A stretch of DNA of 64,000 nucleotides, taken from the human T2T-CHM13v2.0 reference genome, Homo sapiens. The notes beneath the pieces were generated by a model. The model was not told where the DNA came from, did no database searches, and saw only the letters and a program-made list of their open reading frames with translations. Position 1 is the first letter of the stretch; every line of letters begins with the position of its first letter. This document shows, piece after piece, positions 27,876 through 41,910 of the stretch. A program made the position numbers and the translations under genes. The stretch lies in the NCBI RefSeq assembly GCF_009914755.1, contig NC_060930.1, one strand, 5' to 3'.

Positions 27876-28285
27876 TTACTGTAAAATAGTTATTTAAAAA
27901 ATAAAACAATAGGACACTGATGCATGAATATCGCAAGTGTCATGTGCCAAGAACCTAGGGACATAGGTGTTTGGGGAGCTTCTGTACCTACTGGAGCACT
28001 TGTGAGGGCATATTCAGTAGTGGAAAAGATGAAGGTTGTACATTGCTCAAAGAAATTACTTGATGGTGATATTTCCAAGAGCATCTGCTATTTGCTTCTT
28101 AACCAAGAACCATTTTTCTTCCTTTTCTTTTTTCTTGTAGACCTCACTCACAACAGAAGCTCAAATATCACATACATTCTATCCCAGACTTCATTTCTGG
28201 GTTTGGTCCTGTGATTCTAGAAAAGGCCTATGGGGAACATGTATGTGTGGCAGAGGGGGAGGAGGGGTAAGTTTCTAATAAATGA

Positions 28286-28331
28286 TTAGGTTGGTGCAAA
28301 TTTAATTGCATTTTTTGCCATTGAAAGTAAT
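28286..28331. mobile_element. Half of a MADE1 (mariner-derived MITE)
   Basis: TTAGGTTGGTGCAAATTTAATTGCATTTTTTGCCATTGAAAGTAAT is the left TIR plus spacer of MADE1; the right TIR is absent. Confidence 0.85.
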
Positions 28332-28419
28332 ATCTCTCTGTAAAAAAAAAAAAAAAGGAATACTCCTGAGACAATTCCCTTTCCCCTCCATGATTTTGGA
28401 TATTTTGAAATGAGAAATT

Positions 28420-28660
28420 GATGGTTAGAATGGTGGCAACCAACTTATGACAATAAAAGAAGTCTAAATGTATTATAGAGTATAATAACAGTATGCAGAA
28501 TGACTAGAGTTCTGCCATCATTGAGCTGCTGAATTATCCAAGTGCAGAACTACCTCTATTAAGAGTTGTTTTTAAGTGTGATTTTAACATAAATTCCTCT
28601 TGTCTAGGTTTCTTGGACTGGTATTTTGTTACTTGCAGTAGAATCATCCTCTCTAATCTA
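28420..28660 (+). mobile_element. Old MaLR LTR 3' part (MLT1J/K/L-like)
   Basis: CATCATTGAGCTGCTGAAT...AACTACCTCT...TTTTGTTACTTGCAG...CATCCT. Confidence 0.55.
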
Positions 28661-30329
28661 CTCTCTCCTGTCATTCATTTTTCAAAAAGTATTAATTAGA
28701 TCTATCTTATGCCAGATCTCCTGCTTAATCTTACGATACACATAAAAGATATATAAACCCTAGTAGCATTTATGATGATTTTCTTATTCATTGTTTACTT
28801 CTATATTTCTCCCTACCATATTGTAAATAATTTAGTTAGACATTTTTTTTATTTATTTTCCCCCTCACACCTACACAACACCTGCTGAAGTTCTTTGGGT
28901 ACCAAATAAACTTGATTAATGTTTGTTAAATTGTATTAAATAGCATTGGATAATTGCATCTTCCTTCCCCCATCTCTCATAGCTATGACTCCATATAACC
29001 TAAGATGATTAAACTTAGATTGAAAAACACATATTACATTAAGTATTAATTTACTCACCCTCAGCTAAAGTTCAGCCAAAAAAAAAAAAAATAAGAAATA
29101 CAAAATGAGGCTTAAGCAGTCTCAGAATCAATGTAAATGAATGTATTACTCTAATTGAAAGACATTCTGGCTAAGAATTATGCTTCAGTCAAATGAAATA
29201 TGGCTTTATAAAAATAGAAAATAAAAAATAAATTTTATTTCAAATGTACATTATTGATAAATGTTTATTATTAATACTACTCATTACAGGATATTGGGGA
29301 GGATGCCCTCATTTCATAAGTCTTTCAACATTATTACTAAAGTACCATGACAGCTGTCTCTGAACCCTGCTTGAAGATATTATTTTTTTCATTTGCCTCC
29401 ACTCAGCTGTTTCTCATCTACTTCAAAGGGATCATAAGAGCACTTGAGGGAGCTGGTCTTCTTGCAACTCCAAAGTGAAGAATACAGTAATGCAGACTAT
29501 AATATCATTTGATTATCACAATTTTTCAATCTTATTGAGGATCTGAATAAGTCAGAATCAAGCTCCTAGTTCTATATTTTATTATAGCATTATTCATCTT
29601 CTCTTATTTCCTCCAGCATCCAACGCCCCCACCCCACCACCTCTATACCATGCCTCATGAAATTATTTTCATATTTCATCAGGCGCAGAACACTGAGAAA
29701 CTGTGGCTTTAGTCTAATGTCTGAAGTTTCTAAATGTCCTTTGGCTTCTTACATTGAGTCTGAAATGTAGACACTCATACAATTACTAGGCCTCAGCTCC
29801 CTCTAATATATTTACTTTCATTGTCCCTGAAATTCTTTTCACACTCCTCCTAATCTACTTTTATGTTTCACCTCCTAAAAAATGTCTTTCATTATTAAGT
29901 AGAATTTATGTGTTCCAAACTAAAACAAATGGCTTTCTCTTACATTCCATTTGCATTTTAACTGTCATCATACTCTTATGTATAAACTATAATTTATTTT
30001 TAAAATTCTTCATATCTTATTTCTTACCTCAAGTATTAGTAGAATTGATTATATTTATTAATTACAGATTGATTTTAAAATCAATAAAATATCTATTATC
30101 TGCCAGGTACCTGAAATGCAAATATGAATGTAAATGAACTGAACCCTGGCTCAGTGAGTTCTTCTAGTTGGAAAGAGAAATAAGCAAGCAGACAAACCAG
30201 GTCTAGCTGTTTGTCAGACATATAGTAAATATTTAATAAATGTTTAAAAAGGAAGTGAAGGAGTGAGAAAGCTCTAATGATTATATACATTTGTTCATGG
30301 AGTCCCATTGATTTTATCTATATTTGTTT

Positions 30330-31433
30330 TCTTAATGATCTCATCCAGTCTCATGGTTATAAATATTGTGTATAAACTGATGACTCTCCAATTAATATCT
30401 ATAGCATCATCTGCTCCTCTGAATTTCCCTGGATACCTGATTTCCACATGGACATCTCTTGAATAGCATATATGCTTTATAAACTTAGCATTCCAAACGC
30501 AAATTCCAGAACCTATAATGCACACATTCTTTCCTATCCCAGTAAAAGATGACTCTATCCTTCCAGTTGATCACAGTCCAAAATGTTTTCTTTCACACTC
30601 CATGTCAAATGCTTTAGAAAATACTATCAGCTCTGCCTTCAAGATGTATCCAGAATTTAATCCCTTCTTAATACTTTCACTGCTATTATCATGGCCCAAA
30701 CATTCATGATCAATTGTCTAAGCCCTAGATTACTGAAATAGAATTCTAATTATTCTGACAGGTCTTCCTGATTCAACCCTTGCCATATAGATTATTCATA
30801 ACATATCAACCAGAGTGATCTGCTGAGGTAGAAATTAAACCATGTCATTTTCTCTGTTCAACACCCTTCCATGTCTTCCCATCCCATGCAGAGAAAAACT
30901 TACATTCCTTACAGTGGATTACAAGGTCCTTCTTGATATCTCTCCTCCTGCCTTTCATCTCTGCCCTCATGTGCTACCTACCCCTTCACTCACTCAACTC
31001 AAGCCACACATGTCTCTTGGATATTCCTCCGATATGGCAGGCACTCTCTCATCTCAGGACCTTCACACTTGCTCATATCTAATCATGACATTCACTTATC
31101 AATGCCACAAACTGCATTCCTAACCTAAATCAGGACTTTTCTCAAATGTTATCTTTCAGCGCTGGCTTCCCTAACCATTGCATTTAATATAATCTTTCCT
31201 TTATTGTTAATGCTATCATATCATCTTATTATCATCTAGCATAGCTATTCGTATTTTTCAATTATTTCTTTTCAGGCCTTTTCTTTCCCCAGCTAGAATG
31301 TAAGCACCAAAGCAATAATTTTTATCTGTTGGTTTGTTTGCTTTTCCTTCCAGTGCTAGATTTGTAATATCTGTAATGTTTATAGGCATATAATAAGTTT
31401 TCAATAAATATTTGTTGAATGAATAAATGAATG
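30330..31433 (+). mobile_element. L2a LINE 3' portion
   Basis: TGATCTCATCCAGTCTCATGG...CTGATGACTCTCCAATT... ending TCAATAAATATTTGTTGAATGAATAAATGAATG. Confidence 0.85.
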
Positions 31434-31575
31434 TATATCTCTTCTAGAGAGAGTAAAGAATAGTTTTATATAGGCAATTACCTCTGAACTTAGTTTCATG
31501 AAAGAGACCAAGATACATGAGAAAGCCAAGAGACTTGATTGAGAAAACTCAAAGAACTGGAGGCAATGTTCTGGG

Positions 31576-31835
31576 AGGCATGTGGCCCATTAGCTCAATA
31601 TGCCAACTCAACACTCAGACTCATGTCAAATCTTAATTTTACCAGTTACTAGTATGGTAACTGATATCAGGCAAGTTAGTTTATCTTTCTAAAACTTATT
31701 TTCCTTAGTTGTAAAGTGGGAATAGTAATACTACCTATCTCATAGGGCTTTATCAGCAAATTCTTGTAAGATAATACATAAAATGGTTATAATAAAGCCT
31801 AATATGTAATCTGCACAATTAGTATCTATCATTTA
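31576..31835 (+). mobile_element. MIR SINE
   Basis: GGCAAGTTAGTTTATCTTTCT...TGTAAAGTGGGAATAGTAATACTACCTATCTCATAGGG. Confidence 0.75.
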
Positions 31836-32076
31836 TTTTATAATAATGATTATTACTAAATTAAATAATAATAATAATTTAACAGCATTGTTTGGGCAGC
31901 TCATAAGACAGTCAGTGGCTGCTAAATCTTCCTCGACTGCAACTGCTGAAATTGGTTGGAATGGAGAATGCTTAGGGATGAATAACACTAGATGAGAGAA
32001 CAAAGATTTATCAAAAAAGAACCATAGAAAGGACCTTATAGGCTTAGCTAATGGTTTTAGACTTCATTCTGTAAAG

Positions 32077-32783
32077 CAGTGGTTTCTAAACTTCAGCATG
32101 CATCAGAATTGCCTAGGAGACTTGTTATAACACTAATTACTGGGCCTCCCTTCTAAAATTTCTGATTCAGTAGGTCTGTAATGGATCTTAACAAGTTCCA
32201 GGTATATCCATTATCTATGGTTGCCTAGCTAATCATCCTCAAATTTACTGACTTAAAATAATGAACAGTTATTATCTCACAGTTGTCGTGGGTCAAGAAT
32301 CCAGCTGCAAATTGCAATCAATGTGTCAGCTAGGGATATGGTCTCATTTGAAGGTTTGACTGGAGGAGGATTTACTTTCAATCCCTCATGACGTTATTGA
32401 CATGGTTCAGTTACTCTCCAGTTATTGAACTGAGAGCCTCAGTTATTTACTGGCTGTTAACTGAAGACTTCCTCAGGTCTTCATCAGGTAGCTTCTCCAT
32501 AGAGCAACTCACAACATGGCAGCTGGCATCCCTCAGAGTGAGCAAGCAAGAGAGTCAGAGATAGCCCCCAAAGTAAAACCCACAGAAATTTGGTAGCTTA
32601 ATCTTGGAAGTTACGTCCTATTATATCTGTCACATTCTATTTGGCAGAAGTAAATCAATAAATCCAGACCACACTCAGTGGGAAGGGGTTCGATAAGATG
32701 TGAATACCAGGAATCAGGAACCATTGATGGCCAAGGTGATGGTTGTGGTGCTGGCTTGGGAACTATAATCTGAGAATTACATG
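32077..32783 (+). mobile_element. MER5A (hAT-Charlie MITE), split by an MLT1F LTR
   Basis: CAGTGGTTTCTAAACTTCAGCATGCATCAGAAT...AACAAGTTCCAGGT | AGGTGAT...TGAGAATTAC. 8-bp TSD CTGTAAAG/CTATAAAA. Confidence 0.8.
32203..32733 (-). mobile_element. MLT1F-like MaLR LTR
   Basis: ATTATCTCACAGTTGTCGTGGGTCAAGAATCCAG...AACTCACAACATGGCAGCTGGC...GTGAATACCAGGA. Confidence 0.8.
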
Positions 32784-35700
32784 CTATAAAAAATTTTGAC
32801 ATGGATGGTTCTAACATGGACTGGTACTGAAAATCAAGGTGAGACTAGTTAAGAAGTTCTTGCATAACGACTTTTATCTTTAGATAATTAAATTATTTTA
32901 TGTTTACAAAATTAATACTCTTTTAATCAATATTTTAAAGTATCCCTTCAATGTTGTATATAAACCTCATCTAAAAATGAAATATTGGAAAGTAACTTAA
33001 GTTATATGAAAAAGAACTGTGTGGAGCTAAATTCCATTAAGGGTTTCAGTATGATATTGCCCCTTTGTTTAAAATTAAGCATGCATTTAGACAGAGAGAA
33101 GCGCAGCCTGGAGTAACAAGAAATATATTTTAGACTTCGCCACTAACTACATTTCATTCTGTAGGCAACTGGTGGTCCTAAATACATAAGTACAAACATT
33201 CAAATGCCTTTCTCTCTCTCTTTCTCTCTGTCTAAAAGCTTAGACCACCTAGCAAGTTAATAATATGGTCAAGGACACAATAACTTAAAGGTGCCAAGAG
33301 AATCAGCATACAAAATGATGCAACATTTTATAAAATGAGTGAAAATGATTTTAAGTTAAATGTAGAAGTAAATGATTTTAAAAGTGAGGGAAACTATGTA
33401 AAATAGATAGACTCAGACATTACTTTAATGGAATCATTATTTTTTGCATGGGAGTACATGGTGCTTTAATTATGTTTCTCAAAAGCTTGTCAGTCCAATT
33501 GAGACTCTGTATCAAGAAGCTGTCATCTTAGCAGAAAGGCAGCCTGCTTGACCCCATCACCATTCCCACACAGACCGTGGGAGCTGATGACATCTAGTTT
33601 CAACAGCAGGTTTCATATTCTTTGCCACAGAAGCAGGAGGCAGCTTAGCCTTTCCAGCTGTGGGGATTCTGTTCCCTTGGCCTGCTTATTTGTCTGACTC
33701 AATTCACTTGCCTCAGCCTGCTCTTACCTCCTGTTTATTGATTTTGGCTGACATTTAGTTCAACATGTTATAAATTCTCTTAATCATCTCAAAGAGAGAG
33801 AAGGGAGCAGAGATGCCCTAACCACTACCTCTCACATCAGCCCAAGACAGCTTCAGGTCATCCATTCCCCAGACAGAAGCTCAAGTTGAAATGTGTGTTT
33901 TTCTTACTACTACTTTAGCCACAGCAACACCAATGGAAATGTTAGTTCAGACATCCAAAAGTATATAAAATATCTGATTCTTTACTTTAATTGGGCAGCT
34001 TTTTTCTACCTCTATTGCAACCAGGTACCCCTCTTCCTATATTACCATGGGACAAATGATTTGCTCTGCAAATTACAAATGGACATAATTTTGAAAAGGT
34101 TAAACGCTACTCAAAAAACCTTCAAGTAAAGCCATTCAAATTATGTGAAAAAAAATTAAGGCGGAGAAAAGCTATATTTTCAATTTGGTCTTGCAAATGC
34201 TAATCAGTTCAGATAGGAGATCATAGATATAATAAATTGCTTGGAAGTGACCCAAAGCCCAGGTGAAATAGGATGGGCAGGTAGGTGCCAGTCACCAAGA
34301 TTTTCTAGGGATAGATTAAGAAGCTGGTTGAATTGTAAATACTGTACAACCCTTTCAAGGTAGAGTCCCTAGGTTTTGCAGTAACTACATTAAAAGTAAT
34401 TAAGCAACCTATACTTCATACAGAATTATCTTGCATTCGTTCTATGAGAAAAACCCACTGATTCTTTGTATAATTGATTGCCTTTTTAAAATTTGCATGT
34501 TGCATTCAGAGTAGATCCTTCAGGTATTGCATTATTTAAACTATTTTTCAACCACGACTTTCTTCTAAATTTTATGTTAGTATTTCTAAGTGCCTGATGA
34601 GGCATCTTTCAGGTATGAGGCTGCTCCTCCTTAAAAATTCCCTGCCCCTCTTAATTAGCATTTGCAAAATCTTCCCTCTAGTGAGATCTTTGAAGGTGAG
34701 GTATTGTCTAATTCAGCTTTGTTTCTCCAGTATTTTTTTCCCAAGGTGAAAGGAGTCACCCTTCTCTTCCTCTGTTCGCATAACTGCTCTTCTGATCATA
34801 ACTACTTGTCTACATGTATATTTGTCATCACAAGCTAAGCTAAGGACTGCCTGTGGGTAGGACCTGGCTCCCATTTATCTTTTTTCCCCCTACACCTAGC
34901 ACAGTGCTGGCACATGGCAGGCACTGAATATATTTGCTGAATGAAGGGAGACAGGAAACCCAAAAGAAAAATAGGACAAACCAAACAATACTGCTACTAT
35001 TTTTTTGTCAAGTTAGAAAAAAAAAAGCTTACAAAGGGGATAATTTAATGACTAAAAACATGTAGAATCAGCGGTAAGCAGATGTTATCACATATCCAGA
35101 CATTGGAGTGATTTCATGAAGAATTTGAATAAATGAATTTATTACTTTGTAACTTGCAAACCTCAAGTTAGCATAAGATTTATCTCTGAGCAGGGTCTTG
35201 TTATTATTAAAGGTAAGAAGGCAAGCATTAGCACCAGCCTAGAAGCCCATGTAGGTAAGTTTACTGTCAGTAGAGATAAGCACTCATAAGAGGCCACCAG
35301 GCAAGGGACAATTAAGATATTCATTCTATTAGATAGGCACTAATTGAGCACTTCTTGTGGGCCAGTTAGAAGACAGTGAAATGAATGAGACAGCGTCCGT
35401 GAACTCTGGGAACCTCAATTTAAGGGGGAGGCACAGCAGTTACACAATCATAATTAGATAATTTTCCATTGTCTGTTTTCTCTATTAGTTTCAAAGCTCT
35501 TTAAGGGCTTTCTATTCTTGGCAGCTAGCACAGTGCCTGGCACATATTAAACATTTCACAGATCCTAATGGGAAGAACAAATCATTCTATACCAAATGGA
35601 GAGTAGACATTATCCTCTTTCTATGCCCCACCCCTCCTCCCTCAGACCTTTATTCTGCCTGGAGGCTTCACACAGTCTCCTTACTGCTCACTCCAAATCT

Positions 35701-35797
35701 CTTCCACCCGGCATTATTTCACATTGCCACTAGGAGGACCTTTCTAAAGCTAAACCTGATCCCATTTGAAATCCTTAACATCATCCTCAAAAACAAA

Positions 35798-35965
35798 CAG
35801 TGGTTTTTCATTTTGACAACACAGATCCTTTTGAAAATCTATTAAAAGGCTTCGAACATTCTCCCCCACTTAAAATGCATCTACAACACAAGACTTTGTG
35901 CCCAATTTCTAGTTATTTATGGTCAGCTCAATAGAGGTGCAAGAACCCTAAATTAAGAATCTCAG
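35798..35965 (+). mobile_element. MER117-like hAT MITE inside an L2 fragment
   Basis: CAGTGGTTTTTCA...CCTTTTGAAAATCT...AAAATGCA...TTAAGAATCTCAG. Confidence 0.6.
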
Positions 35966-36374
35966 GATAAAATCCAAAATATGTAGGACACAAGATATCT
36001 GTCATTTTTGTGTCATCCTTGGGAACTATCTTCTCCCGCGGCAGCCATCCCCCCCAACTTCACTTTACACCCCGGCAAAACAATTGTTTGGTTTACTTCC
36101 ACAAACACACCATGCTCTTTTGGATGCCATGTATCATCCTGGAGTTGATTTTTTCATTTTGCAACCTCAAGCCTTTATCTAATTGGTGAATCTTAATCAG
36201 CCTTCAAAAACAAGCTCACATTCTGCCTCCTCCAGGAAGCCTCTCCAACTAACAAACCCTAATTAAAGTCATCCCTTATTTCTTTGGGTTATTTCTGGTT
36301 CCTTTGCATACTCTAGAGTTGCTTATATTAACTGTTTTTATAGTTTACTCACCTGTCTCTCCTCTAAATTCTAG

Positions 36375-36545
36375 TAATATTACTAATAATAATGGTTAGT
36401 ATTTAATGAGATTTTACAAATGTATGAGACACTGTTCTAACCATTTTATATGCATAAGGTAATTTAAATCTCACAAATACTCTATAAGGGTATTGTTTTT
36501 ATCTTTATTTTATAGATGAAGAAACTGAGGCACAAGGGACTAAAT
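36375..36545 (-). mobile_element. MIR SINE
   Basis: TTTTATAGATGAAGAAACTGAGGCACA core with typical upstream sequence. Confidence 0.85.
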
Positions 36546-39500
36546 TTTAATTCTTCTGAGTTAAGAACTTTATCTGAAAACATGTTAAAATGAATGGAAT
36601 TGAAATTCAGTATTATAATAGAAATATTAACAAATTATTGAAACAATACTTCTGATAGAACCATTTACTGAGCACTGACTACTCTTACCGTTGTACTCAG
36701 AATTTTACAATATATTATCACTAATATCCACCACATTTCAGCAAGGCAGGTATTACTTCCCACCATTAACAATGAGGGAAGCAGACTTCTATTTAATTTT
36801 TTGGTACCAGGGCAGCTTTCTATGCAATCTCAATACAGAAGAGGGAAGACTACTTAGAAGAGCTGAACTGTGAGTGAGTATGACAAAAACCACAGTTTCA
36901 GCAGGTTCGTAGCTCGAAGAAAGCATGCAATGTGATAGAGGTGTGTCATCTAGGGAAGACCACATGGCCTTTTAGAAGGATCCCCACATGAATAGAGCCT
37001 TGGTTGGTCACATTTTCTCACTCTGAGCTTTGTACATTTACAAGTTTGAATATTAGTGCTTTCAAGAATCATCAGTCTCTAGAAGATTGATTCAATTTAA
37101 ATAAATTAACAAGAAACCAATGTATAAAATGTAGAATGATACTTTATAAATTCATAATCTATTCACTGATAGGTACATTCACTCCTTGTTGCCAAAGCTA
37201 TATAAAAAGCTACATCATAATTAAAAGATTGCCAGGAACACACAGAATTGGAGCTGTGGGGGTTAATGAGACTTAATTTTCCAACAAATATTGAGTGCAT
37301 CAATTTGCCACTCACTGTTGTAGGCACTGAGGAAATCAACAGTGAAAATGAAAAAACAAGGTCCTATTCTCACAAATATTAAATACTAGGGTTGCATCAT
37401 TAGGCCTGGTAGCTGTATCCTTCCATCTTCATTAAAGAAACAACTTAATTATATGCTAATTGTGATTACAAGGCACTCTCTTTTGAGCAGTACAATGGAC
37501 TCTCAGTCAATGTTTGCTCCCTAGCTTTCTCTTTTCTATCAATGCTCTGTCACTGATCTTTTTTTAATCTGCTAAAGATTTAAGAAAAATGTTTGATGAT
37601 GTTCAAGTTAACAATTAGGTTATGCAAATCTTAATCTGATGACATTTTGTTCCTTTAAGAACATTTTGTACATCTTTGTTCTGCTGTATGTTTATTTAGA
37701 GTTTGACTCTCACAGAGCAGGAAGCCGTACTTCTCTCTTTCCAAGTTCTTGGGCATTTATTGCTCATCCCATGCATCACTTATAGAGAGCAGCCAGGGTA
37801 GAAGTATGTATGCTTCTCTATCTGTTTGCAAACTGTATAGATAATTGTGTTTGTAGCCTATAGTATAGAGAGAAATGGTCTAAAAATGAAGCTTGAAGTC
37901 TAACCAGAAGGATTTTGAGAATCAGTTTAAAGAATATGAACTTTATTCTGTATTATATATGGTAGAAAGTCCTTGAAGGTTTTAGAACAAGAAGTGACAT
38001 AATTAGATATGTATATTAGAAGGAACACATTTCAGGGCAAAAACTCAGATATACATGGAAAAAAACTGTCTCTTCCTGAAGCTGATCTGAATTTCTATTC
38101 CATGCCTCCGTTCCTCTAACTTATACAGTATGTGTAGTCTCAATTGATTTAGAATTTTTCAGTGCTTTGTCCTAGATTTTCTCACCAAACATCTAAATTT
38201 AGAGATTTGGGTTTTTCCAGTTTTGTTTTTGTTTTTTTCTCACGCCAATTCTAAATAATGTCTTTCAGGGTAAGAGAATAATACACTTTCCCCAGATATA
38301 TTTGCGGGTATAAGAGCAGAAAGGCCTTGTGCTACATTCCTGAAAAGAGTCCACAAAAATAACCAGACCCCAGAGTTCTCCTGCCCTCCCACAAGGTGCA
38401 GAAGCTGTACCACAGAAATAGCTGGTTAGCCTGTATTAGAGATGGATAGAAGGCCTAAGCCAACATCACAGAGCCCTTAGTTGCTAGTGTAGGGGACAAG
38501 GGGACTTGCACTGGGGTGGTTCATGTTTTTAGGCAGCCTCAATGAGTTTCCCACAACAATGGAATTTTTTCCTATGTGCCCAGGAACAAAGAAATCTCTA
38601 AAAGGAAGTTTTATTTACAGTTACCTTGCATTGCAAAATGAGAAACGATGTATGATCTCCTCATACTGGGAGATTATTTAAGTCTCTGGAATTTGGATGC
38701 AGAACGGAGACTCTTATTAGAAATTAAGTTTTAGAAAAGAAATTTACACATTGTTCTTACCTAACTATGTAACCTGAAATTCTGAGCTGGTGCATAGTTT
38801 AGAATCTAATAAATTATAAGAGTCGATGCCTACCAAGGAAAGTTACTTAATCAGTAGAAACGTACAGTATATCACCAAGTAGGCGAGAACAGGGAAAATG
38901 CTGGGTTCAATTTCATCAGCCGAAAAACGGTTTGGAGATAATGTGACTGTAGCTACCTGAATAATTAAATGTGGAATTAAAAGCAGAATTCTAGCATGGG
39001 AAAACAAAATCTATCAAAAAGCAACAAATAAAGTTAATTAACTAGTTAACGTAAGGTCATACTAATTACCTGAATATTTACTAAGTACCCAAGTGTGACA
39101 TTGATGGAGAACTAAAGGTTGCTTTAAAGGAAAAATATTCTCCAATAAACTAATGTTTTCGAAAACTAGTCTCCATGAATCACCCCACATAATTTGCAGT
39201 AGCATTTATCCCCACCAGTCCAACCACAGCTTTTTATTAGTCAGTCTCTCACTGATTATGGCTTATAGTGGGTATGAGCCATAATTTAAAATTAATTTAA
39301 ATTAATTTAAAATTTAATTTTAATGCAAATCAATTGCAAACTAAAATTTCAATTTTTGCAAGATGTGATTTCATAGTTTCTGTAAGAAATGTTGTAGAAT
39401 TACTCATATCATACCAAATCATTGACAGAATATCATTTTGTCCTCTTTTAAATTTTAGTTGGAAAAATCAGCATGTAATTCAGTCTACAGTTCTAAGAAT

Positions 39501-40099
39501 TGATGTATAGTTACACTACAAACAAAATTTTTTAAATAAAAGTAAACATCTCATAAATTTTTTTTACTAACATCTCAACTTATTTTTATTTTTTTATTCT
39601 TGCTTTATAATATTTACCATAAAAATTTGATGTGTTTTAAAGGGATTTACCTTCACTTTCAGTTACTTTTTCCAATGATGTAATGAATATCTGCTATTCT
39701 AAATGAAACAGGTGGAAGTTTATGTAGGAAAAAAAGATAGTTCCTCTATAGCCATGCTGCCTGGGAAACAGATATACCTTAAAAAAAGAGTAAATGATTG
39801 AAGAGAGAGAAACTATATCACATTGACAGATGGATTGGGAAACAAATGCCCACTTGTTATAAATTGTGATTATGCAATTTTACAACTGACTACTGAAAAT
39901 GTTGTTTATTTTGAAATATGTAGCCCACATCTAGCAAGTATAAAGTTCTTCACAGTATGCATGCTGTGCTCAATATAACTTCGTATTAGAGTTTACTTAC
40001 CTATTTTTTTGGCCAATTTCTCTTACTTATTTTAAATTTGTCTTACAGTGCTGTAAGCTATTTCAGAACACTATAGTTACAATGAGTAACTAATGTGTT

Positions 40100-40261
40100 A
40101 ATGATATAAATTAAATAATATTTAATGATATAAAAGTAATTACAAATTATAATTAAATTATATAATTATCATAATTAAATTATAATATAAGCACGAATTG
40201 TGATTAAATTATCATTTAATTATAAATTAAATGATATAATTAAATGATATAAATTAAATAA
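40100..40261. repeat. AT-rich degenerate minisatellite / low-complexity block
   Basis: Repeated ATAATTAAATT and AATGATATAAATTAAAT units. Confidence 0.75.
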
Positions 40262-41559
40262 ATACCATAGGTATTGAGAATCTTACAAAAAGTACAAATT
40301 GAATCTGTTGAAGATAATAGTTTTGACCTTAAATGTAAACAAGATCTTCTGAGGAATAACTAAAGAATAATATTCTATAACTATTGGTTCCCAATTTAAG
40401 TGCTCAGGAATATTCAACCATTTCTAATGTTTTAATGCCCATGAACTTTTTTCCTGGCAACTGTGGCCCAATAGAGGATAGTTTATAGCTTGACCTTGAA
40501 TTAGACTATCATGCATAGCCTCTATTTAGTCTTAACAGCTTTGAGGTCCTTGGCTATCTAAGTGCAGAAAAATAGAGTCAGCTAGAAGGCTCTCTGGAGC
40601 ACTCTTGGAACCTAACAATTCTACCACGAAGTCAGATCGAGAAAACCATTCAGGCTTTAGGAAGCACTAGTAGTTCTAAGTACAATTAATGAAGGGAAAT
40701 TGACCCTAAGGAGAAGTTTTGCATAGATTTTCTTTACTCTTGCTCTCAAGGGACCCCTGAATGCTAAAATGTCATGAACACTTCACTAGCATTTTAGACT
40801 GAACTGATTTGAGACACTCAGAAGTAATTTTCCAAATTTTTATAATAAGGCCAAGTCTGAGACTGTTTTTCCTTGAACCATTTCAGTTCAAGCATATGTT
40901 GAAAATAAAGCATTTGATAAAAAGCCTAGATCTAGACTGTTTGAATGATGTGGATTCTCAACAGCATACTCTTTGCTTTTATAGGAAGTATTCTTTTTCT
41001 TTACGGCACTCAACTAGTATTTCATCACTTTCAAAGCTTTCTTGGCCCTTGCTATTTCTCCAGGATTCACTCCATTATTTTCAGCCTTTCTTCTAGAATA
41101 GGCCTATCTGTCCCTTTTTGTTTTTCACAGCAGCACTATATATTCTCTCATCCACAGATGCTTTGCCAAACTCTTATCACAGCCAAGGAATTAAGGTAGA
41201 ATACAAATATACAGAACCACCACATTTCCCCAGAAAAGAAAGCAGGAGGTCTATAGAAGTGTTAAAACATGTAAACAATTCACTCTGATATATAGAAAAG
41301 GTGTTCTCTGCCGTAAAACTGCACAGGTAAAGTCGTATGGTATTGGAGAAGAGGAAGATATGACTTCTCATTGTAAAGGAATCATAGTAAGTCTTTCTTG
41401 ATGAGATGGCATTGGAGCAAGAGCTCGAAAGGTAAGTAAAGATGGGGAATTCAGATATGGAATTAGAGCTTATTAGTGGCACATAGTTCAATTTTGCTTG
41501 AAGGTAGATGAACTCAAGGTAGAGAGTTCATGTAAGGTGACATAGAAAGTGTTATCAAT

Positions 41560-41910
41560 TAGTGCTGTCTAACTGAAATATAATGTAAGCTACATACATA
41601 ATTTGCAATCTTCTAGTAGCCATACGAAAAGTAAAAAGAAAAAAGTTATTTTAAAATTTAGTAATTGTAACTCTAATAATATATTCATTCTAAAAAGATA
41701 TTTTATTTAACCCAATATATCTAAAATACTAATATTTTCACATGTAATCAGTGTAAAATTTATTAAGAAGATACTTACATTCTCTTTTTCATAATGTCTT
41801 TGAATTCCAGTGTATATTTTACACTTACTGCATATCTCAATTTAGACTAGCTAGTTTTCGAATGCTCAATAGCCACATATGGCTAATGACTTCCATGTTG
41901 GCCAGCATAG
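41560..41910 (+). mobile_element. MER33 (hAT-Charlie)
   Basis: AGTGCTGTCTAACTGAAATATAATGTAAGC...TTTAACCCAATATATC...CTCAATAGCCACATATGGCTA...GGCCAGCATAG. Confidence 0.85.

Noticed and set aside
35722-35740. CTCF-like motif GCCACTAGGAGGA
   Set aside because: It mismatches key core positions and lies inside an L2 fragment.
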